A stretch of 63,928 nucleotides of DNA, counting the filler, from Octopus bimaculoides (taxonomy: Eukaryota), in assembly GCF_001194135.2 (NCBI RefSeq). It is 8 parts of 6 records of this genome, joined end to end, with 100 filler letters (N's around TTAATTAATTAA, not from the genome) between each part and the next. Parts side by side here need not be neighbours in the genome. Positions count along the whole stretch, not along the records: positions 1 to 25,959 come from NC_068981.1; positions 26,060 to 37,533 come from NC_068984.1; 6 more parts are not named here. The stretch is one strand, 5' to 3'. The position numbers and the translations under genes are program-made. The notes below the pieces were generated by a model, which made no database searches, was not told where the DNA came from, and was given only the letters and a program-made list of their open reading frames with translations. Below, piece by piece: positions 14,401 to 26,720 of the stretch (the stretch's first letter is position 1; each line of letters begins with the position of its first letter).

Positions 14401-15929
14401 GCATTTTTCCTCTTAAATATAATGAAACATGCGTGACTAAGTAAATCTTAAAATTATATCTATATTAATCCTCGGTATATTCATTTTCAGTATAATTTGT
14501 TTCTGTTGAAGAATTATATTAAAATTCCAATAGAAATAGCCTCACAGCTAGCTCAGCAGCTACCAGATATATGCTGGTTGTAAATTACAGGAATTAGTTA
14601 TAGTATGGAAAAATACCAGTTCGTATTTTATTGCGTTACTTGGGATTCCAATTTCAATATACGTTCGGGAGCGAGAGTGTCTTTCATCAAACTGGACTCG
14701 TTATTCGTTTTTATTCCTTTCGCAAAATATGTATATTTGTGTCAATGAAAGAAATTGTTTTATTAGTATTGTGTAAATAATATATTAACTTACAATGTTC
14801 TATGTAATAATTGAAGTTATTGATTATAAATAGTGTTGCTGCGTTTGTGTTCTTTTAAATATAAAGTGTGTGTGGTTCCTTTGTGTTGAAAATGATTCAT
14901 AATTACTGTCTGCTTCATGACTTACACTTCATCGTGTCTTTTAACGTAGGAAACAGAAATCGCTGGATGTAGTCATTTGGCTGTAATCTCAAGTGTTGTT
15001 GGAAGGAAAAGTAAGCCAAGCGTTGTTTTTTGTAGCTGTGCATAATTATAAATTGTGCACGCCTCAGTTAACATAGTACCGTATGCTCTCTGAAAATAAT
15101 GTCTGATATTTCACACACCATCTAGTGCAAAACTTATCTCTTATTCACACATTGTGCTTGTGTTAAACACCTATACGATTTCAATATATTTCTGTATTTA
15201 TATCCAAACGTCAACAAAATTATCGGTACTACTAACGCCTATTATAGAGTTGATATTTAACTCTTTATCGCAGAATACATATAATTGCAGTGGCTATATT
15301 ACTGCAAAACATGTAACTGTACCTACGTAATTAAAAGAGTTCTATAAGAAAAAAATATGACGTCGTCATTCCGAATAAGTGAAGATCTATATCCACTTCA
15401 TTCAATAAGTAGCAGAAAGTAAAACTGAGGAAAATACTTATAAAAAAAAGTGGAAACTGACTAATACCCTGCAAGTCCTGATCAAATAATATATGTGCGT
15501 GTGTGTAAGGTATGTTAGTGAGCGAATGCGTCTGTGTGTGTATGTATGTGTATGTGTGTGTGCGTGTGTGTGCACTTACACAACGAGAGAGAGTAGAGGG
15601 AAAGATACATAGACAGTCGGGAAGTTGCATACAAATACATATGAATAAATAAACATATAGGTGTACATACACACGCACGTACACGCACACACACACACAC
15701 ACATACGCACATATGTATGTTGTGTGATTTATATATGCATATACGTTGTGTCTTGGGAAAGCCATTACGCCAATTATAAAAAGACGAAATTTATATAAGC
15801 CTGTGTATATACGTGGGTATTCATCTACACTTGAAACGATTTCGATATGATTCATTTTATCTAATACAATGAGTTTATAAGTATAGACGTAGCAACATAG
15901 ACATTCATACAAACACACATATGCATACG

Positions 15930-15995
<66 letters not shown>

Positions 15996-16826
15996 TATAC
16001 ATATACATATGCACCCTTGTNNNNNNNNNNNNNNNNNNNNNNNNNNNNNNNNNNNNNNNNNNNNNNNNNNNNNNNNNNNNNNNNNNNNNNNNNNNNNNNN
16101 NNNNNNNNNNNNNNNNNNNNNNNNNNNNNNNNNNNNNNNNNNNNNNNNNNNNNNNNNNNNNNNNNNNNNNNNNNNNNNNNNNNNNNNNNNNNNNNNNNNN
16201 NNNNNNNNNNNNNNNNNNNNNNNNNNNNNNNNNNNNNNNNNNNNNNNNNNNNNNNNNNNNNNNNNNNNNNNNNNNNNNNNNNNNNNNNNNNNNNNNNNNN
16301 NNNNNNNNNNNNNNNNNNNNNNNNNNNNNNNNNNNNNNNNNNNNNNNNNNNNNNNNNNNNNNNNNNNNNNNNNNNNNNNNNNNNNNNNNNNNNNNNNNNN
16401 NNNNNNNNNNNNNNNNNNNNNNNNNNNNNNNNNNNNNNNNNNNNNNNNNNNNNNNNNNNNNNNNNNNNNNNNNNNNNNNNNNNNNNNNNNNNNNNNNNNN
16501 NNNNNNNNNNNNNNNNNNNNNNNNNNNNNNNNNNNNNNNNNNNNNNNNNNNNNNNNNNNNNNNNNNNNNNNNNNNNNNNNNNNNNNNNNNNNNNNNNNNN
16601 NNNNNNNNNNNNNNNNNNNNNNNNNNNNNNNNNNNNNNNNNNNNNNNNNNNNNNNNNNNNNNNNNNNNNNNNNNNNNNNNNNNNNNNNNNNNNNNNNNNN
16701 NNNNNNNNNNNNNNNNNNNNNNNNNNNNNNNNNNNNNNNNNNNNNNNNNNNNNNNNNNNNNNNNNNNNNNNNNNNNNNNNNNNNNNNNNNNNNNNNNNNN
16801 NNNNNNNNNNNNNNNNNNNNNNNNNN

Positions 16827-16862
<36 letters not shown>

Positions 16863-17941
16863 TATATATATGTATATATGGGTATATAGATAGATATATA
16901 TGTGTGTGTGTGTGTGTGTGTATGTGCATGTGTTGTGTAAGTGTATGTGTCAGCGTGTATATGTTGGTGTATGCATATGTGTGAATGTAAATATGTATGT
17001 ACGTACGTATTTCTGTGATTATAACACCACAGTATGACTCAAGATTAACATATATCACTTGTCTCGTCCAATATGATTCACATGCATGTACATACATATA
17101 TGTGTGTGTTCGTTTGTTTATATGTATATGCTTATGTACATGTATATATGTATATATATACATATACACAGTTGTAGTGTAACTGTCGTTCCCTATGGAG
17201 GACTTCATTGTTCTATGAACTGAATTAGCAGCTCCTGAATGAAATTGTAATTGATCATATATACCACCTGATCATACAGTCGTCTAAACATAATGTATTT
17301 ATGCTTGTGAGTGCTACACGTGTGTCTAACTCAGAGAACTACTTTATGGTTACTCGTATAAGCATAAGTTGACATAAATGTGATAATGTTATAGCATTTG
17401 AAATACAAAATGTTGTCGGGTCTGGTCCAGAAGTTTCCAATTGATTTTGCAAGTTGTACCCTTGTCTTTTGAGACCCTGAATTGAAAGTGCTTAATATTT
17501 CGTTATTGCACTCATAACAAAATTCTTTTGAAAAATTGTTCGTCCCCATTTTTGGATAAGCGAACAGAAAATATGCACACATGCAGAGTACGCTACATTT
17601 GGCCACTGCTGATCTCAGTCTAATGGGAAAAAGTTTTCTTTCCCCCTCGGAAAAAGTTATGACCTTTCATTACATTTGTGTCCTGCTTTTTATCATGACC
17701 GAGTCAACTAGATCAGTATTTACTGCCAGCATAAAAGAGGCTATGTGCTCTGGGTAGCAAGTGGGAAGAGTTATCAGTGTTGCCAAGGGCATTACTCGAA
17801 GGAAAAATTGCGATAGCATTCTAACTGGTTATATACTATAACTAGGAATATAATGCTCCAAAATATAAAAGTATAGCCTCTAGATCTCGCTTTGGAGTGC
17901 GTTCTTTCACTCACATATGGACAGCTGACCAATAATATATG

Positions 17942-18003
<62 letters not shown>

Positions 18004-18554
18004 GGATGGTCATATATGGAACTCTTTTTATCTACGTCTCTTTTATTCACTGCTTACCCGGATCTAAGCACCAACAATAAGGGAGATATAGATAAACATC
18101 CAGAATGAGAGTTTTTAATAACAGAACTTTTTTATCTTCCAGTAAATCATTTCATCACCATTGTAGAATAAAAGTTTTCAAATAAAACGACACTAAAATC
18201 TAAATTCGACTCCCGCGTCAACTTCAAATTTTAGTTCAGGCGTTCAAAAGAGGAAGGAACAACGGACAAATATTAACTGGAAACTGCTGAAACAGGCGGA
18301 GCCATATTCTGTTAAATCCAATTTTCACAACATCAACATCTTTTATTTATCTAATTTACTTTCATGCTTCTAGTGGTTTAAGAATTTATTGTAAAATACC
18401 ACATGATGTAAATGTTTTTTTCGCATTTGATCTGTTAGATGTATAATTACATTTAAATATGTAAAGTAGTGTCAGAAATACAAATAGTACTCTAGTTATT
18501 TCAGAAGGTGGAACGATTGCTAATTCATATTACTCGCTTCATTTTAACATATAC

Positions 18555-18601
18555 CTATTTGATTCGTAGACTTGGGAGGGATAAGTAGAAGTGTATCATT
18601 T
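18555..18601 (-). CDS. Tentative 47-nt exon (NDTLLLIPPKSTNQI|E)
   Basis: ttatttgccttag acceptor, gtatat donor, one open frame, phase 2-1. Confidence 0.3.
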
Positions 18602-21600
18602 CTAAGGCAAATAATCACCAGCAAATTATTTCGGTAATTCTTGAATGTGTGTCAAGAGATTTTACTCAGATTTAACTGCACCCATATAGACTTAGAAGAT
18701 ATATATTTTCGCGATATTACTATATATGTTATGTATGTTTATATATGAAATGTGAACATCTTCCCAATTCTCTGTGTAATTGGAATCTCAAGCTTTTGTA
18801 AGCTTAGTAAATATCTAAAATATTGTCTTTCTTCTGTTTCTCTGTATTTGATACTCGCCTCATGGGCACCCACATAAAAACCCACCCACCCAAACACACA
18901 CATACACACAGGCATATGTATACACATGCACACGCGCACACCCACCCACATACATACATACATACATACATACATACATACATACATACATGCATACATA
19001 TATCACGCTACTAAGTATACCCTGAACGTAATTTCGATTTCAAGAGATGGAGAAAAAGATATCAACGGTAGAAAACATTTTAAAATATCCACTGTTCGAT
19101 TAACAAAATGAATAAAAGAACGCAAATAAGAAAACGAGAGAAAAAAATGCATTATGATAGTAGTAGGTTGTCATACGTAAAAAAATGAGAGCGGAAACAA
19201 CGTTAAAAGAGAATGAAGAGAAATACCCGAGACAAATGCAGTAGAAGAGATAAAATAATAGCCAATGAGAGGAAAGATATATAGAATGAAATAGTAGAAA
19301 ATGAGTGATAGAATAAGAATGTTTGGAAGAGAGCAAATCGAGAAAATAGGATATGTTTTGAGACAATTTGTTTAAAAACATCGAGTGGGAGTATCTTAGA
19401 AACGAAAGAGAAACATGGAATTCTTGAGTTGAAATTCATGGGAAATAATTAAGAAGACGAATGTGAGAAAGACAGAAATATAACATAAACAAATTAGCGA
19501 CAAAAATCAAATAGAACAGCAAGTAGGACGAATGCTGGTTATAGGCGTAAAGGCAGAAAAGGAAAATGAATGAGTGAGAAAAGAAAACATAAAATTAATA
19601 TATACTTGAACATGGAAAGAGGAAGACAAATTTTGAAAGAAATAAAAAAAAAATTGAATCAGAAACGCAAAAAGAAGGAAGCTGAATAGACTATATAGAG
19701 ACCGAAAGATTAACAAAGACTGAGAAATATGCGATGAATGGTGAAGTGTAGAGACATATTACAAACAGAATATAACAGCGAGAATTCCAAGAAAAAATGA
19801 ATACAGAAGAGAATATAAACGTAATGGAAGAAATAGGAAAACTAAAGGAATGTTTCTGTTGGTTTTCGTATCAAAATAGAACACTATTGATTCGGTCTTT
19901 GGCTGATTCTAAATTCAATTTTAAACTTGAAGATCAAAAGTTAATTCAAGAAAGGAAACTGAAATTGCATTTTCTACTTTTTCATATATTATTTTATTAT
20001 TATTGTTTGTATCCATTCCACAAACAAAAATACGATCTAAACAAAACATTGTTTTGCAATTGAAATTTTTTCTTTATTTTCAATTCTTCTATTGAGTGAA
20101 ATATAATGATAACAATAAATGAAATGTAAAACACATACACTCTACAAAATATTTTCAACGAATGACGGTTCGTTGTACTGAAAAGAATTCTAAAATTTTT
20201 AGAAATATGTTTTTTATTATATAAATATTGAAAATTATAATATAATATAATATAAATATTGTCATAGTTAGTTTGTAATTCGAAACATACATTCTGAAAA
20301 TCACAACGCTGACTGAATTTCATATTAGGGATTGCCAAAATTGAAATGATTTTTTTTACTATTTGTTGTTGTGTATACGTTTTACGGAAATTACGTATAA
20401 ATATCCAGTGACTGGTTTGGCCAACATCTAATAAACTAACGATTCGCAAGATCTACTGCTGCTTACCATTTTTCTCAACGTTTATCAATAGCCACGCGAG
20501 AGGCTTTAAATACTCGAACATAAAACGTTTTCATGTACACTCAAATCATATCGCGACCGTTTATCTGAGCTCACTTTGGAACCAATATACGTGTTAGCAA
20601 ATCACTAATACCACTCTACTCTGCATTGTGTACAAACTGTGTGGCAAGAGCATACTGCACTTACTTACAAACTATGTTTAGCATATCCCATTTCAGATTA
20701 CTTAACTATATTATTTACCTAGCAAATTTTGTATTTGTTTTAGATAATACTATTAATATACGATATTGATGAAAGTTTATAATCAGTATTAATTGTGTAT
20801 ATGAAATGGTGATCTCTTTCAATATGAAATAGACGGCATACAGCAGCGGGAACAGCATTATAAAGCAATTTCCTATGCAAATGCATTAATCTTAGTACTT
20901 TAATCATACAAACTACATATGAGTTTCTAGAGAATTTGAATATTTCGGCAAAGGATAAATAATGATTCACGTGTACAACCTGTGGAAGAGGTCATTCCTT
21001 TTCAAATACGTGTGAAAAAAGAACGCTTAAGAATAAGAATTTATTTATATTTTCCGCTGCCCAGCACGAAACATTAGATTTGTTCAGGGCATCCATAATA
21101 TACAATTTAACTTAGTTCTGAGGGAAATGCTTAACGGCTCAGCCAAAGAAACAGATAGTGTCTGTGTGGGTTCACATATATATCATTCAAACACGGTAGT
21201 GGTTGAATATATTCTTAAGTCCATCATTTCGTTAATCGCTGCAGCTTCTGAGCTTCAACACTAATTCAGTTTGGAACTAGTAGTTTTAAAAGGGACACCT
21301 CGTCAGATACACTTTTGCATAAATTGTTTGAGATTTGTCTCAGTAGAGACAAAATATGTCAGACCTCAAGTGTGCAGTAGGGCAGATATTCAACTTGAAT
21401 TAACATAATTCTTTTTAATATTAAATTAAAAGTATACTTTTCTTAAGCTTAATGATAGAAAAATGTATGAGGAATTCAGAATCGTTAGTCGCATCAACAA
21501 AGATCAGTAGAAAAACAGTTATGAGGTATAATGTTACGAAATTTAATGTCAATAAGTAAAGAACTAAGAAGTAAAGCTTAAGAAATAAGAATAATGAATA

Positions 21601-21629
21601 TATTTATAAAATGAATATTTGTATACCAA

Positions 21630-21745
21630 GGTGGTGAGCTGGCAGAGGCATTAACTCTCCGGATGAAATTCTTAGCGGTATTTCGTCTGCCTGCACGTTT
21701 TGAGTTCAAATTTCGCCGAGGTCGATTTTGTCTTACAATTAATTT
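21630..21745 (+). mobile_element. SINE family A fragment (tRNA-derived head)
   Basis: ggtggtgagctggcagag...gagttcaaatttcgccgaggtcga; matches the copies at 38248 and 48755. Confidence 0.7.
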
Positions 21746-23089
21746 AATATATATTTTTTTTTTAACTAAACGCTTTCACACTTCTGATACTGGTAGAATG
21801 TGTCACATAGAACAGGGTTTATTCTTAACGTTTTTTTTTTACCAAATTTTGTATTGTAGAAGCGGTATTTCGTCTGTCTTTACGGTCTGAGTTAAAATTC
21901 CGTTGGTGTCGACTTCAACTTTCATCCATTTCGGACCTATTCAATTAGACACACAGATTATTTAATTTTTTTTGTTTTTTAGCTAATCACTTTCAGACTT
22001 CCGATACTGGTAGAATGTGTCACATAGAACAGGGTTAACTCTTAACGGTTTTGAAAAAAAATTGTACTTTAGAAGTTATTTCGTCAGAAGTTACAGAGTA
22101 ACAACGGACAAATTCGTGTCAGCTTTTGACTTACTCTCTAACTTCTGCCGATGATATATATACATATTACATATATGTGTAAAAAAAAATCTCATCACGC
22201 AATCGAACCAATGAAAGAACCTCGACACGCTAAAAATAGCAGCCAAAATGTCCCCCTACCTAAATCACACGCCCATTGTATGTAATGTCCTAGATTATCC
22301 CTAAAAGGACGGTTTGCTGAAGACTGGAATGTTTTTGATGATAGGTCTTCAGTATCAGGATTGATTTGCGGCTAAATAACAACATTATGGTAAATTTTTA
22401 TATTAACACACGCAGGATTTTCACTAAGAAAAAAAACATTGATTTTTTTGCATGGAATCAAGTACCCTGACCTATTAATATGCTGCATATCTCTTATTTT
22501 GGTTCAGAAAAATGGGACGGAATCATGGGATATTTTTTTTCGTTGAATGAATTCATACGACCTCCTAACATTGCAAAATTAGGTTACTTCAGTTGAGCCT
22601 GGTAACTGATGGTTTGGGGGTCTTGTTGTTTGTTAATTTTCGTGAGACGTGGTGCAACCATGAACATGGTAAAAATCCTTGCCATTAATTTGGTATGGAT
22701 GAGTAATATCAAATAATTTAATCACAACATATATTTAAAATAAACATGAAAAAATTGAAATATTATCATCACTTACATGGAAAAATTCAAATATTGTTTC
22801 AATATTTTATAAGGTAAAATCTTAAATTATTAATTAACTCATTATTACTATCTTATAATAGCAATGCCTGGACAAATCATGGATTATATTAGAAGAAAAG
22901 CGAGTATGAAAAGTCATATTCTTAATGTCATAAACCTGGAAAAGGACAGGACAAGGTATTACACTTGTAAAAGTATAGAACAAGCTATTACTTCTAGTAA
23001 AATAAAGAATAGGAAACTTCTTACTTAAAATATTGCAGCGAAAATTAAAATTTGAATATTAAAGGTTATTTTATTATAGTTTACAAATA

Positions 23090-23365
23090 ACACTATAATT
23101 CAGTTCTATTTTTAAGAGATGAGGAATTATGTACATTATTTACATTTGATGGATTTTTGACTTCAACTTGTTTGTTGTTATCACAACGTTTCGTCTGATA
23201 TACCCTCCAGCTTTCATCAAGTGTTTTGGGGAATTTTCGAACATGGGTCCTCGTTCTTAAGGTATTTTTCGATGCTATTATGTTTTTATTCAGGTCACTG
23301 CCTGGAATCGAACACGGAATCTTGGAGTTAGTAGCCCGCAATCTTAACCACTACGCCATATGCCC
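23090..23365 (-). mobile_element. tRNA-headed short element with internal hammerhead motif
   Basis: A box TGGCGTAGTGG and B box GTTCGATTCC at 23365-23290, followed by a body homologous to 36455-36620 containing TGATGA...GAAACGTT. Confidence 0.75.
23182..23224 (-). ncRNA. Minimal hammerhead motif (core mutated to TTGATGA)
   Basis: acac-TTGATGA-aagctg-loop-tcagac-GAAA-cgtt-gtg. Confidence 0.55.
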
Positions 23366-23659
23366 GTGGAATTTGGCTTAATTACTACCTTAAATACAGA
23401 AAAAATTACTAATTAGACAAACGTACAAATTAGCTGAACAGTTTTGCACAATAAATTTAAAAGAGGAGAACTGTAAAAAGTGATAAATTAGAATACTTGG
23501 CATACTTTGGTGCAATATTTTAAGTAAAATCTTTCTTATTTTTTAATTTACTGGAAGCAAAAGGTTGTCCTATACTTTTACAGATGTAATAATTTGTCCT
23601 GTACATTTCCAGGTTTGTAATTTTAACAATTTTACTTACCATCCTCGCATTTTTCCATG

Positions 23660-23689
<30 letters not shown>

Positions 23690-23697
<8 letters not shown>

Positions 23698-25939
23698 CAC
23701 AAAAAAACAATAACAAAAAAACAACAAAGTGAGGACGTGATACGGATAGTGTTATTGGACGCTCGGGGAAGGAAAGAGAGAGAGTATGACGTTTCGGGCG
23801 GAGCCCTTCGTCGGAAAGACGGAAAGTTCAAAGAATGGAAAAACGGAGGAAGAGAAAATCGGCACTGATGCCCACGAGGTTACATTGTGGAAGCACCGGA
23901 AGAGGAGGTGGTGGAGGAAAAGTTCTTTCTAAGACAGGAGGGTGAAAAAAGGGAGGTGAATATCTGTGCGTGCGCGAGAGTTTGCAAGTGCGTGTGTAAT
24001 AACAGAACGTGTGTGTGCGTATGTATGTGTGTGTGTGTGCGTGTGTGTCTGGTTTGGTGGTTTATCTGTTAGTGTGTATGTGTGTGTTTGTGCGTGTGTG
24101 TGACGTAGTGGAAGGAATTAGTAGTAGGAATAGTCTGTGGGTGCTTATAGGCAAAGGTCAGTGGAAGGTCAGCAGGCAGTTTTTGAGTATGTGTGTGTTC
24201 GTGTGTGTGTTTGTGTGGGGTTGTAGGTGTTGGGTACGTGTGCGTGTGTGTGTGTGCATGTTTTCATGTGTGTGTGTGTGTGTTTGTGTGTATGTGCATG
24301 TTGTGTATATGTGCGTTGCTGTGTACGTGTGTGTGCGTGCGTTTGCTTCTGTAAGTGCGTGTGTTGTTGATGCCCATGTGTATGTGATTGTATGCGTGTC
24401 TGTGTGAGTGCGTTGTTTTGGTGAGAGGTGTGTGTGCGTGTGTATGTGTATGTGGGTGTATGTGGGCGTGTGCGCGTGTGTGTGTATGTGTGTGGAAGTG
24501 CGAGTGTGTGGGGGATTGTGATGTGTGTGAGATTGTGAGTGTTAGGTACGGGTGTGTGTGTGTGTGTGTATGCGCGTGTGTGTTTATGTATGTCTGTATG
24601 TGTGTGTCCGTGTGCGTGTGTGTGCGCGTGTGCGTATATTTTTGGGGCGTGCGTGTATGTGTATATCGTGTATGTTTTCGTGCGTGCGTGTGTGTGTGTG
24701 TATGTTGTGTATATGTGCGTTCCTGTGTGTGTGTGCGTGCATGTGTTTGCTTACGTACGTGCGTGCAAGTGCGTGTGTCATGTATGTCCCTTGTGTGTGT
24801 AGTTGTGTGCATGCTTATGTGAGTGAGTATTGTGTATGTGAGAGGTGTGTGTGCGTGTGTGCATGTGTGTATATGTGTATGTGTGTACGTGTATGTGTGT
24901 GTTTGTGTATGTGAGAGGCGTGTGTGCGTGTGTGTATGTGTATGTGTGTGTTTATGTGTGTGGGCATGCGTATGTGTGTGAGAGTGTAAGGATGTGTGCC
25001 AGGTATGTGTGTATATATGTGCGTTCGTCTATATTTGTGTGTGAGGGTCCGCATGTATGTTTGTCATGTGTGTGGGCGGTATATATGTAAGGTGTGTGGG
25101 AGGTGTGTGTATTAGGTGTATGGGAGGTATGTGAGGTACGTGTNNNNNNNNNNNNNNNNNNNNNNNNNNNNNNNNNNNNNNNNNNNNNNNNNNNNNNNNN
25201 NNNNNNNNNNNNNNNNNNNNNNNNNNNNNNNNNNNNNNNNNNNNNNNNNNNNNNNNNNNNNNNNNNNNNNNNNNNNNNNNNNNNNNNNNNNNNNNNNNNN
25301 NNNNNNNNNNNNNNNNNNNNNNNNNNNNNNNNNNNNNNNNNNNNNNNNNNNNNNNNNNNNNNNNNNNNNNNNNNNNNNNNNNNNNNNNNNNNNNNNNNNN
25401 NNNNNNNNNNNNNNNNNNNNNNNNNNNNNNNNNNNNNNNNNNNNNNAATAATAATAATAATAAAAAATAATAAATAAAGAAAAGTGTTGCATTGTCGTAA
25501 AGGGGAGAGTCATAAGGAGGAGGGGGCTGTGTTGAGTCCGAAGGGGAAAGATGATCTAAGGTTAAAAATATAGCGCTGTTCCAAGTGGAGTCGCGAGGGA
25601 GTGGACCCATGGTGCAGAGCGAGGCCAAAAACGGAGATGTTAGAGGGGGTGTGGTTGGCCAAGTGGAAGTGACGGGTGACGGGGGAGTCCGAACCTAGCT
25701 GAACGTCCCTTAGGTGTTCGGTGAAACGGTCGGCCAGCCGGCGGCCCGTCTGCCCCACGTATAGTTTGTTGCATAGGTTGCATTTGATGCAGTAAATTAG
25801 GTTGTAGGAGGTGCAGGTGAAACTGTGTGGAATGTGAAGGGTGTGTAGGTTCGACCCTGTGACAGAGGTAGTGTTGGTGATGAAGGTGCAGGTGTGGCAG
25901 CGGGATCTGGAGCCGAGTGGGGGTGGGGTGGAAGAGGAG
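23690..25939 (-). mobile_element. Penelope-like element 3' half: GIY-YIG endonuclease, CA-rich spacer, pLTR with hammerhead-like motif
   Basis: Open frame 25939-25510: RCHTC...FTCTSYNLIYCIKCNLCNKLYVGQTGRRLADRFTEHL...LEQRYIFNL..FPFGLN; CCGACGA-AGGGC-tcc-GCCC-GAAACGTC at 23820-23787. An N gap lies inside. Confidence 0.8.
23960..25143. repeat. About 1.2-kb degenerate (GT/GC/AT)n block
   Basis: Continuous imperfect GT-rich dinucleotide sequence. Confidence 0.9.
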
Positions 25940-26003
25940 AAGGTACTACGGACCAGTAGNNNNNNNNNNNNNNNNNNNNNNNNNNNNNNNNNNNNNNNNN
26001 NNN

Positions 26004-26015
26004 TTAATTAATTAA
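26004..26015. other. Artificial six-frame-stop assembly linker TTAATTAATTAA (also 37578, 44349, 50812, 56919, 60474, 62791)
   Basis: Identical 12-mer each time, flanked by 44 N on both sides. Confidence 0.97.
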
Positions 26016-26384
26016 NNNNNNNNNNNNNNNNNNNNNNNNNNNNNNNNNNNNNNNNNNNNATATATGCATATATGTATGTAACTATATAAATATATATGCC
26101 TACTTCCATACTAGATATTGGATATTGGATACAGTTTACTTAGACATTTCGTATCTGTTGACCATTTATAATTTAACAGTATCTTCGATATTAGAAATTG
26201 TTATAACATATCTATAACTTCATAGCTTATATATCCAGCTTTCTCAGCTTTCTTATACAATTGAAAGTGATTATATATATGTGCCTGTGTGTTTGTGTGT
26301 GTATATATTTGTGCTTGCATGTGTACATAGATATACCTATATATGTATTTATGTATGTACATATGTACGTACCTACATATGTAT

Positions 26385-26499
26385 GTCCCAACTATATGGT
26401 TTCGTGTTTTGGCCCCCTTTGAGACACCTTGGGCAAGTGTCTCTTTGGGCAATAACTTGTCCAGTGTATGTGGTAGACGGAAGCTGGAAGAAGTCCGCC

Positions 26500-26559
<60 letters not shown>

Positions 26560-26720
26560 GGCGGACTTCCGCTTGACAACCGGTGTTGGTGTCTTTACGT
26601 CCCCGTGACTTAGCTGTTCGGTAAAGACACTAATAGAGTAAGTACTAGGCTTAAAAGTCCTGGGATCTATTTGTTCGACCAATACCCTTCTGAGTGGTGC
26701 ACTAGCATGGTCGCAGTCAA
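26385..26720 (+). mobile_element. SINE family B (CORE-like central domain) with internal (TA)29
   Basis: caccttgggcaagtgtc...tggtagacggaa...gcttgacaaccgg...agcatggtcgcagtcaaa. Confidence 0.8.

Noticed and set aside
19040-19830. Purine-rich strand-biased block as coding sequence
   Set aside because: Low complexity with many stops; origin not identifiable.
20000-20449. 149-aa minus ORF with a TM-like stretch
   Set aside because: I/F/Y/K-rich composition is expected from AT-rich DNA; no consistent splice phase.
20461-20600. AAAAATG|GTAAGC as first coding exon of the minus-strand gene
   Set aside because: Phase 0 does not fit the next candidate exon, and further exons lie upstream; a donor match alone is expected by chance.
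23290-23365. Functional tRNA gene
   Set aside because: It has A and B boxes but runs into a repeat body and has no clean cloverleaf; it is a SINE-type head.
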